DNA of 64,000 nucleotides from an uncultured virus (IMG/VR IMGVR_UViG_3300043411_001904) (Duplodnaviria; Heunggongvirae; Uroviricota; Caudoviricetes). This document shows positions 17,412-24,608 of this stretch, one piece after another. The stretch lies in IMG/VR virus record IMGVR_UViG_3300043411_001904; one strand, given 5' to 3'. How positions within the stretch are numbered: position 1 is the first letter of the stretch; each line of letters starts with the position of its first letter. A program made the translations under genes and the position numbers. The notes below the pieces were generated by a model, which was not told where the DNA came from, did not search any database, and worked only from the letters and a program-made list of their open reading frames with translations.

Positions 17412-17612
17412 CTACCAAATAGCTGCCCACATAGGTAGAGAAATACCCGTTACTTTCTTAAGTACATCATGATCAGCAACTTCATCATATTGATGAGAAT
17501 CAATCACCTCTAGCTCTTCTTCATTCAAAGAATCAATTATGTTGATATCATTATGATTAAGCGAACTTAATAGTTGCGAACGCCTTTCCTCTGTAAGATT
17601 GTTATCAAACAT
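17412..17612 (-). CDS. hypothetical protein
   Basis: 66-aa ORF downstream of a TATATTTG promoter. Confidence 0.5.
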   Translation of the reverse strand: MFDNNLTEERRSQLLSSLNHNDINIIDSLNEEELEVIDSHQYDEVADHDVLKKVTGISLPMWAAIW

Positions 17613-17671
17613 AATAAATTTTATAATTAGACGACAAATATATCAAATAACTTTCATAAAAACAATTCTTG

Positions 17672-17749
17672 TCGGTGGAAAGAGATTCGAACTCTTATTT
17701 TCAACCAATTACCTTACTCCTGCATATCAGACAGGGTGGATACCCACCG
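17672..17749 (-). ncRNA. D-armless tRNA-like RNA with GAT anticodon
   Basis: CGGTGGG/TCCACCG acceptor; no D hairpin; CCTGT-CTGATAT-GCAGG; long variable segment; AAGAG-TTCGAAT-CTCTT. Confidence 0.7.
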
Positions 17750-17753
17750 AAAT

Positions 17754-17818
17754 TGGGATTGGGCCTTTAACCACTTTACAACAGTATCTGTTGAACTAGA
17801 CATCGAACCTAGATCCCA
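17754..17818 (-). ncRNA. circularly permuted tRNA-like RNA (YrlA/Y-RNA-like order)
   Basis: TGGGAT/ATCCCA closing stem; T-arm, then closed hairpin, then AGTGGTTAA D-like loop. Confidence 0.5.
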
Positions 17819-17820
17819 TG

Positions 17821-17894
17821 TTGGCCTGGTCGGTAACGATCCGACTACCTCGAAATTATCAGTTTCGCGCTCTAACCATCTGAGCTACAAGCCA
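17821..17894 (-). tRNA. tRNA-Ile(GAT)
   Basis: CGAAA-CTGATAA-TTTCG. Confidence 0.9.
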
Positions 17895-17953
17895 AAATTG
17901 ATAGATCCAAACCTCTTTAATGGAGGACCTTTCTATCTTTAGGTTTTTTAATC

Positions 17954-18301
17954 TTAAAAATCTAGTGTAACTTTATTCCTTTCATTTAGAACGAAAATTG
18001 TCGTGTTGGAATATGATTCACCTGATGGATGAGCCATCACAACATAATATCCACCAGATTCTCCCATAAACAATTGTTCACCTTTCGCAGAATACGATGA
18101 AATTGTATAATCATAATAGTCATCACAATTTCCATCTGTAAATATTCGTAAATTATCGGAATATTTACCCGATCCTATCCCCCAAGGAGAATCATTTTTC
18201 TCAACTGGAGAATTATTATAACTATCATATCCAATCAGTTTCATAATATCCTTATGAACAACTTTGGATTCTTTAATGTGGTTTAGAACTTTTTCAATCA
18301 T
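17954..18301 (-). CDS. hypothetical protein
   Basis: 115-aa ORF after a TATATTTG promoter. Confidence 0.6.
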   Translation of the reverse strand: MIEKVLNHIKESKVVHKDIMKLIGYDSYNNSPVEKNDSPWGIGSGKYSDNLRIFTDGNCDDYYDYTISSYSAKGEQLFMGESGGYYVVMAHPSGESYSNTTIFVLNERNKVTLDF

Positions 18302-18342
18302 TTTACAAATATAAGAAAATATTCTAAATCTTCACAATTATG

Positions 18343-18415
18343 CGGGTCCAATAGGGTACGATCCTATAATGTCTGATTAACAGTCAGAAGTGATGTCCGT
18401 TTTCACCATAGACCC
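18343..18415 (-). tRNA. tRNA-Asn(GTT)
   Basis: TCTGA-CTGTTAA-TCAGA; G73. Confidence 0.88.
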
Positions 18416-18440
18416 ATTTTTATTCGAACCAACGATTTTG

Positions 18441-18526
18441 AGGGGATGGAGAATTACGATATCTCGACCCTCGTTTTAACAGAACGACGCTCTCGGACCG
18501 AAGTCACACCTCTGAGCTACATCCCC
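18441..18526 (-). tRNA. tRNA with GTT (Asn) anticodon and a UUCG hairpin inserted in the D-loop
   Basis: GCTC..GAC-TTCG-GTC..GAGC; TCGTT-CTGTTAA-AACGA; U73. Confidence 0.78.
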
Positions 18527-18650
18527 AAAATTTTATTTATAATTGTGTCAATACTATCAGACCTAAAACACCCTTTAGTTATCTCAATGGAATTGGCTGA
18601 GATTGCCAACACTCATAATCAGGGGACGGTGACACCCAACCACCCAAACA

Positions 18651-18860
18651 TCACCGTCCCCGATAATACGTCTTCAAAAAATCAAGTAATTCCAAGAAAT
18701 AAAATATCACAATACATCCAATCACATAAATAGGCCAAAATATAGATTTAAGAAGTCCATATTTAGTTTCTGTAAAAACACTTGAGATAAATGCCATAGT
18801 TCCAAATACTGAATAAATCAATACTCCAATAACCAATAGTATTATACTTAATGTACTCAT
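18651..18860 (-). CDS. small membrane protein
   Basis: two hydrophobic helices; SIFWP motif. Confidence 0.6.
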   Translation of the reverse strand: MSTLSIILLVIGVLIYSVFGTMAFISSVFTETKYGLLKSIFWPIYVIGCIVIFYFLELLDFLKTYYRGR

Positions 18861-19066
18861 TATCTTGCTCCACCAGCTGTCATTTTATCCGAGGCATCTT
18901 TGAAGAACTTAGCCAAGTCCTTCAAATCAACTCCTGTTATCAGAATATTCGTATTAGAGTATCCAAAAAACCCGAAATCAATATGAATATATCCATACTC
19001 ATCAACTTTAAACTTAAATCCTCCGTTATCAACGTGGAAGTATTTTTCATGAATTATCTTCTCCAT
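18860..19066 (-). CDS. hypothetical protein
   Basis: TAATG coupling to next gene. Confidence 0.55.
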   Translation of the reverse strand: MEKIIHEKYFHVDNGGFKFKVDEYGYIHIDFGFFGYSNTNILITGVDLKDLAKFFKDASDKMTAGGAR

Positions 19067-19079
19067 ATTTATTATTTTG

Positions 19080-19149
19080 CTCCATCAATAGGATTCGAAC
19101 CTATACCTCCGAGATAAATCTCGGTGTGCCACCGTGACACCACAATGAA
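19080..19149 (-). tRNA. tRNA-like gene with collapsed anticodon loop
   Basis: CCGAGA-TTTA-TCTCGG; other arms intact. Confidence 0.7.
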
Positions 19150-19226
19150 TAGAGAATAAACCCTTCTACCAAAAAAGATTTACTCTCAAGAGATTGGACA
19201 ATTGGTAGACAACCCGCCACTCTTTG

Positions 19227-19299
19227 TAGTCCCACCGGGATTCGAACCCAGACCCATTGTTTAGAAGACAATGACGCTTTCCAGTTACGCCATGGAACC
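19227..19299 (-). tRNA. tRNA-Arg(TCT)
   Basis: ATTGT-CTTCTAA-ACAAT. Confidence 0.92.
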
Positions 19300-19309
19300 A
19301 TGTTTGTTG

Positions 19310-19393
19310 TCCAAGAGGAAGGATTCGAACCTCCGTAAAAGATCCACAAACGCAAATCGTTGTGAAAATTGACTTCCAATAGTCTACTCTCGG
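19310..19393 (-). tRNA. tRNA-like gene with extended anticodon arm
   Basis: CCGAGAG/CTCTTGG acceptor; D and T arms present; TTCACAA..TTGTGGA long arm. Confidence 0.65.
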
Positions 19394-19426
19394 TTAATTA
19401 TAATACAAATATACTAAAAAATAATT

Positions 19427-20134
19427 CTAATCCAAAATTCCATTTGATTTTAATTCTTTAATCACTCCGGATATAGTTCCTTTACTACAATTTAATTCTT
19501 TTCTAATTTCACTCTGTTTCATTCCATTACGATACATATCTAGAACAACATTTCTATCTATTTTAGATCTCAATTCTTTAATATTCGTTGATTTTAATAA
19601 TATTTCTTTCTTGTTAAGTTCAAAGAACTCAAAACTTGAATGTATTTTAATGTGACAATTGGCACATAAAACTACACACTTACTCAGCTCATTAGAAATA
19701 TCTTCACTAATATCCAATATTGATCTTAAGATTATATTAATTGATTTCAATTTGAATTTCTTATCTCTTAAATGGTGAAAATGAAGAGAGCAATATTTAT
19801 CATATCCACACTTCTCACATCTTATAACATTTTTATATTCCAAAAGTATTTTCTTGTTATTTCTCTGTCTATTATTAATTTGATCACCAAAATGTAATTC
19901 ATGATGGCAATTATGACATATCAATTCACATTTCATAATTTCCCTTTCAATAATTGACATTCTATGATTTCTAATATCATTTATATCAAATTCTTTATCA
20001 ATTGGATTAATATGATGAAAGCATAACTTAAATATATCTGATTCTTCACATTTAATACATTTCCCACCCATTGAATTTATTACTTTAATTCTTTTTGCTA
20101 ATTTAAGTATCTTCGTGCTAATAATCTTTTTCAT
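19427..20134 (-). CDS. tandem-HNH endonuclease with C-terminal HTH
   Basis: two CxxC..FHH..C..LCxNCH units; IRKELNCSKGTIS. Confidence 0.88.
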   Translation of the reverse strand: MKKIISTKILKLAKRIKVINSMGGKCIKCEESDIFKLCFHHINPIDKEFDINDIRNHRMSIIEREIMKCELICHNCHHELHFGDQINNRQRNNKKILLEYKNVIRCEKCGYDKYCSLHFHHLRDKKFKLKSINIILRSILDISEDISNELSKCVVLCANCHIKIHSSFEFFELNKKEILLKSTNIKELRSKIDRNVVLDMYRNGMKQSEIRKELNCSKGTISGVIKELKSNGILD

Positions 20135-20188
20135 AAGTTCAAGTCGTTTATCTATATATATTAAATAAATAACTCGAACTTTTTCTAG

Positions 20189-20278
20189 TACCTCAGGTCG
20201 GAGTCGAACCGACAGCGTTTACCACGAGGGTCTGCGCTCCTAAGGCGCAGGTGTTTCATCCAGTTTCACCACTGAGGC
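20189..20278 (-). tRNA. tRNA-Leu(TAG)
   Basis: TGCGC-CTTAGGA-GCGCA; long variable arm. Confidence 0.92.
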
Positions 20279-20287
20279 AAATAAATT

Positions 20288-20427
20288 AGAAATATCTCCC
20301 AACCTCCGCGGTTAGTCAATTATACACACTCATGACTACTAGATCTAGACTCGCGAATCTAGAACCTCACCATGAACACATAACACTCTTACCCACCTGA
20401 TCAGGGTCGTCATCATAAGAGATTTCT
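20288..20427 (-). ncRNA. unclassified rod-like structured RNA of about 140 nt
   Basis: AGAAATCTC..GAGATATTTCT closing stem; TCTAGATTC/GAGTCTAGA apical stem. Confidence 0.5.
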
Positions 20428-20431
20428 TCAG

Positions 20432-20513
20432 TACGTGTGGAGAGACTTGAACTCTCATATCTTTTCAGACACCACTATCTCGAAGTGGCATGTATGCATT
20501 CCATCACACACGT
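20432..20513 (-). tRNA. tRNA-Leu(GAG)
   Basis: CCACT-TCGAGAT-AGTGG (atypical C33); long variable arm. Confidence 0.82.
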
Positions 20514-20521
20514 ATATATTT

Positions 20522-20616
20522 TCCAACGGGAATAGATCCAAATACCCACCATCTTCAGGATCTTCCGTATCCCCATACGGGCGGTCATCTTTTGGAAAAC
20601 CGACATTCCCATTGGA
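20522..20616 (-). ncRNA. unclassified multibranch structured RNA of about 95 nt
   Basis: 12-bp closing stem TCCAATGGGAAT/ATTCCCGTTGGA with internal hairpins. Confidence 0.5.
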
Positions 20617-20648
20617 CTAGGACTAAATTAATAATCCTAGTAATTCTA

Positions 20649-20741
20649 TTAGATCAGTCATCCTCTTAACCTACTGGTTGCCGCAATGTTTACCATCGCG
20701 ACCACCCGGGCTTGAACCGTATTTTCTTCAATGTGATCTAA
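20649..20741 (-). ncRNA. second permuted tRNA-like (Y-RNA-like) RNA
   Basis: TTAGATCA/TGATCTAA closing stem; CGG-TTCAAGC-CCG T-like arm, long hairpin, AGTAGGTTAA D-like loop. Confidence 0.45.
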
Positions 20742-20746
20742 ATATG

Positions 20747-20837
20747 TAGTCCAGGTCGGAGTCGAACCGACAACGTTTAACCTCTTGGGTATGCGATCTT
20801 AAGCCGCACGCGTCTCTACCAGTTTCGCCACTGGACC
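20747..20837 (-). tRNA. tRNA-Leu(TAA)
   Basis: TGCGG-CTTAAGA-TCGCA; long variable arm. Confidence 0.92.
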
Positions 20838-20850
20838 AAATACTAACAAT

Positions 20851-20862
20851 ATTTCAATGAAC
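20851..20862 (-). promoter_or_regulatory. boxA-like antitermination element
   Basis: GTTCATTGAAAT just before the first tRNA; similar motifs near 31500, 31950 and 32890. Confidence 0.55.
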
Positions 20863-20884
20863 TTTTATTCTACTTGTCTAAAAC

Positions 20885-20918
20885 AAAAAACCCGACTTTC
20901 TTTTCAGATTGTCGGGTT
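20885..20918 (-). terminator. attenuator intrinsic terminator
   Basis: AACCCGAC..GTCGGGTT followed by a U-tract. Confidence 0.8.
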
Positions 20919-20942
20919 GGTTTCCTTTTTTAATTCAGATGA

Positions 20943-21035
20943 TTACTCCGAATCTAGGTTATAACCCGAGCCTTTGGTTCTTACACAGAGTGTATTCACC
21001 ATCCTCAAATTAATATTTAGATTTAGCGTTTTCAT
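20943..21035 (-). CDS. leader peptide of the tRNA/aaRS region
   Basis: MKTLNLNINLRMVNTLCVRTKGSGYNLDSE; contains TCGGGTT complementary to the terminator 5' arm; TAATATATA and TATATTTG promoters upstream. Confidence 0.8.
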   Translation of the reverse strand: MKTLNLNINLRMVNTLCVRTKGSGYNLDSE

Positions 21036-21137
21036 TTTTGTATATATTAACTTTTTTCTCTCCCTTTTGAGATATTTGTATTCTATTACAAATATAGTAC
21101 TAAGTTTTTATAATTTACAAATTTATTATAATTTTAT

Positions 21138-21791
21138 TTACCAACGGTCTGTTTCTTTTGAAGACAAATCATCCTCAACAATATATTCTAATAAGGACTC
21201 TATGGAATCATATTTTTTCTTACCATAATCACTGAATATTATATTATTCTCAGATATATAGTGAACCTGTTTCATGTAATTATGACTATCATGAGAATAT
21301 AATAATCCAAAAAGAACATACCCACCATCCATTCTTTTTAGTTTATTTCCTAGGAATTTAATAGAATCTACAACATCTGTCTTTAATTCAAACTTCTCTT
21401 CGTTATCATCCATAGAATATCTAGTTACAATTACGAAGTGTGCTTGTTCAGTCTCCTTATTGAATCCTGAAACGTAAACACCATCCAATTGGATAAAATA
21501 TCTGTTAGCTAAATCGTGATGAACTTTATCTTCACTCTGATTTTTCTGAAATACAAAATTTAATTGATCATCATCTAAATCAAAAATACTCTTGGGAAGA
21601 GATCCGAACTTTTCCTCAGATTCTTTTTCTTTTCTTTCTCTAAGAATGGATCGAATGAATCTTATTTGATCTTCAAGAAGTTCCTGCTCCTCAAACATAA
21701 CATCTAGTTTTTCTCTTAACTCATCATCGTCCAAATTATGAAGAAAGTCAATATTCATATTTTCTTTAATGAATTGGTTATACTTCTTCAT
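21138..21791 (-). CDS. hypothetical late protein (MKKYNQFIKE tag)
   Basis: TAATATATA upstream; N-terminus closely resembles the T4 capsid-targeting sequence. Confidence 0.7.
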   Translation of the reverse strand: MKKYNQFIKENMNIDFLHNLDDDELREKLDVMFEEQELLEDQIRFIRSILRERKEKESEEKFGSLPKSIFDLDDDQLNFVFQKNQSEDKVHHDLANRYFIQLDGVYVSGFNKETEQAHFVIVTRYSMDDNEEKFELKTDVVDSIKFLGNKLKRMDGGYVLFGLLYSHDSHNYMKQVHYISENNIIFSDYGKKKYDSIESLLEYIVEDDLSSKETDRW

Positions 21792-21801
21792 ATGATATAT
21801 A

Positions 21802-22278
21802 TTACTTTGTGATGTATAAAATGAACTTAGTAGTCCTATATCTATCCTTAAGTATTTTAGACTCAAACCCAAACATTGAATTAATTCGATCAGCCATAGA
21901 TTGGAGATCTTCTAAAAACTTAAGCCTGGTCGTATAAAAATCATTTGGTCCAGATATATCAAAATAAAAAGATATAGATCGATTTTGGTATCCTATTGAT
22001 ATCCACGGTAGGGTCTGTCGAGGCATAGGATCCGATCCGTCCCATTGAAAAATACCATTCCAGTGGAATACATCAGATATTGCTTGTCGATCCATTAGTG
22101 ATGGATGAACAGGGTCTAATCCCAAGAATAGATAATTTATATTCTTGTGGCTCCTATGTCTCATTAGATCAGAAAATTGCCACTCATCGTCTAAATCTTG
22201 AAAGATATCGAGAATTCCCAATTCGTCCTCCTTGGTTAATTGATATTCGACTGACTCGTTAAATCTTTTTATTTTCAT
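21802..22278 (-). CDS. hypothetical late protein (MKIKRFNES tag)
   Basis: TAATATATA upstream. Confidence 0.7.
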   Translation of the reverse strand: MKIKRFNESVEYQLTKEDELGILDIFQDLDDEWQFSDLMRHRSHKNINYLFLGLDPVHPSLMDRQAISDVFHWNGIFQWDGSDPMPRQTLPWISIGYQNRSISFYFDISGPNDFYTTRLKFLEDLQSMADRINSMFGFESKILKDRYRTTKFILYITK

Positions 22279-22301
22279 TGAATTATATATTATAATCCAA
22301 T

Positions 22302-22931
22302 TTATTTTAATATCTTATCAATTTTGTAATCCCTGTCCACTTTGATACTATCCCCATCAATGGATCTAAATTCACTTAAAGAATCACTATAACTAATACC
22401 ATCTAAACAACAAACATATTCAATATCCTCATTTCTGACATCATAAATATAATCATAAATATATCCATTTCCAAAATTTGTTATAACTCTATCCTCTAAA
22501 TTAAATTTTGGAACCTCTTTGGAAAGAAATAAAGATTCACCAACTAACATCAAAGTTGTAAATATGTTATAAAGACCACCCGACATATCAAAATTAACAA
22601 CACCTTCACATACACTATAAGTAACTTCTAGATTTGGGTTAGGTAATTCTATTCTACTTAAATATCCATAATAAATATATGGTTTTCCAATGTTCAATCT
22701 AGAATCAAAATGCTCTAAAAAACCATCTACATTATCAACATCTACAGAGTACCTAAATCCAGAAATCAAAGGATCATATATAGACTCCAACTCATAAGAC
22801 ACATCATCCATTTTTTTAACCATAAATCTAATATTTCCTCTCATATTTTGATCATACATAGACATATATGGATAATTACCATCAGCTAAAATATGGCTAA
22901 AGTGATATGAAAATCTTTCAACGGGTACCAA
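22302..22931 (-). CDS. hypothetical protein with C-terminal RxxKI motif
   Basis: DRDYKIDKILK; start uncertain. Confidence 0.6.
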   Translation of the reverse strand: MVPVERFSYHFSHILADGNYPYMSMYDQNMRGNIRFMVKKMDDVSYELESIYDPLISGFRYSVDVDNVDGFLEHFDSRLNIGKPYIYYGYLSRIELPNPNLEVTYSVCEGVVNFDMSGGLYNIFTTLMLVGESLFLSKEVPKFNLEDRVITNFGNGYIYDYIYDVRNEDIEYVCCLDGISYSDSLSEFRSIDGDSIKVDRDYKIDKILK

Positions 22932-22961
22932 TTTTGAGTTTAAATTTGTAATATATATGAT

Positions 22962-24608
22962 ATGAAATGGATAAAGTCTAGAAAGTTATTCACAAACGAA
23001 GCAAAGATTCGAGATTTAGTACTACCTAGACAAGCAACAGAGATAGCGGCAAAGTGGGGGGAGAGGTATCTTGACTACGAAGAAACAACTCCAACAACTA
23101 AAATCAACCAAGGAAAATGGAAATTAGACGAGGAAGATAAAAATAAACTACTCGGAGCCTTCTTTAATGCAGATATGAACCAACTCCTCAGAATTCTAGG
23201 GGATCTTCCAGATAAATTTGCAGATATTCTATCAAAATCAATTGATACCAACCTATTAGGAGATAAGTATAAAGAAATATTCAAAGAATTTAATCCGAAA
23301 AAACCATCGGTCGATCAAATCATCTGCCTATATGATAATATTTTTAGAAAATTATCAGTGGGTGAAACAAAAGCTAGCGAAGTTATATCCAGGGACGAAA
23401 CAGGAAAGCCACTCAAAGATGAAGCTAATCAAATAATAAAGGTAAAAAAAGAAGCTGGTGATCCAATCTTTTCTAAAAACATTGTTAATCTATCAACATT
23501 TATAAATGAATATAATCTATGTTTCCCAGAAGAGAAGGTATCTGATGCTGTTCTAAGGAGCAATGATATTCAACAAATAATAAACATATCAAAGCAAACA
23601 TTTGAGCCAGACTACGTAGTTGGGTACGAGATATTCGGTAAAGATATATATCTATCAATTCTACACAATCCTAAGGATATTCTAAATATAACAATAACAA
23701 AATTCTATTCATCATGTCAGCATTTATATACAGGTCAATATAGACAGCATGTTCTGTCTGGTGTATTTGATCCCAACACAATACCAGCATATTTTGTTGT
23801 TGAAACTCCAATAACTTGGCAAGGAGATGTGATATCTGAAGTACTTCCACTAACTAGACTTCTAGTTAGAAGCATTGAAGGATATGATGATAAAGAAGAA
23901 GATAAAAAACTATTTTTTGACTTAACATATCCAGATAGATGCAAAAGGGTAGCTTGGGAATTAATTGAAAAATATAGTAACAACATTCCACTAAATGGCA
24001 AATTGGACAGATACAATACTAACTATAATTGGTTCGCTAACGTTGATCCATCCGATGAATTGATATTACCATACATGGACACTCTGTCTGTAAATAAGCA
24101 AAAATACATCGGTTCTAATATTAAAAATATAAGACTTGATGACCAAGATTGGTCAAAAGTAAAAATAGCACCTAATGCAAACGTGGAAAGTATAATAATC
24201 GAAACAAATAGCTTACCAAAAAACTTTTTTGAACTTAAACTAAACCCAAAATGGATAAAGTTCAAATTCCTAAAACTAAATGACTTCACACCATTTAAAA
24301 ATCTTAACTCAACATCAATTGGATTCGATAAGTGTTCGATGGATCCATCAATATTAAAAGATATTAACTTCGAAAATCTTTTACTATCTGGTTGTGATCT
24401 AACTGGAAATCTAAACCTTGAGAAAAATCTAAATGATCTTAAAATTATTTACTCCTTGGATAGTAAAACCAAATTGGAAGATTTCATTGGGTCAACTAAA
24501 TTTAAATCCCTTGAAATATCTAGTGATTTGGTTTCTGAAAATAAAGAGTATCTAAAAAATCTGAAGAAAAATAATATAGAAGTAAAAATTGTAGGTCCTA
24601 ATCTATGA
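22962..24608 (+). CDS. large late protein, SC..R..D..PYMDT family
   Basis: SSCQH, FFDLTY and LPYMDTL shared with 40912 and 51077; N-terminal tag. Confidence 0.65.
   Translation: MKWIKSRKLFTNEAKIRDLVLPRQATEIAAKWGERYLDYEETTPTTKINQGKWKLDEEDKNKLLGAFFNADMNQLLRILGDLPDKFADILSKSIDTNLLGDKYKEIFKEFNPKKPSVDQIICLYDNIFRKLSVGETKASEVISRDETGKPLKDEANQIIKVKKEAGDPIFSKNIVNLSTFINEYNLCFPEEKVSDAVLRSNDIQQIINISKQTFEPDYVVGYEIFGKDIYLSILHNPKDILNITITKFYSSCQHLYTGQYRQHVLSGVFDPNTIPAYFVVETPITWQGDVISEVLPLTRLLVRSIEGYDDKEEDKKLFFDLTYPDRCKRVAWELIEKYSNNIPLNGKLDRYNTNYNWFANVDPSDELILPYMDTLSVNKQKYIGSNIKNIRLDDQDWSKVKIAPNANVESIIIETNSLPKNFFELKLNPKWIKFKFLKLNDFTPFKNLNSTSIGFDKCSMDPSILKDINFENLLLSGCDLTGNLNLEKNLNDLKIIYSLDSKTKLEDFIGSTKFKSLEISSDLVSENKEYLKNLKKNNIEVKIVGPNL

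Noticed and set aside
18517..18651. ORF MFGWLGVTVP*L*VLAIS.. read with TGA as Trp
   Set aside because: Needs two read-throughs with no other support; the region is better explained by RNA hairpins
14242..20620. Track ORFs 14242..14430, 17599..17799, 17736..17942, 18446..18733, 19101..19379 and 20435..20620
   Set aside because: They overlap tRNA or structured RNA genes and have no protein features
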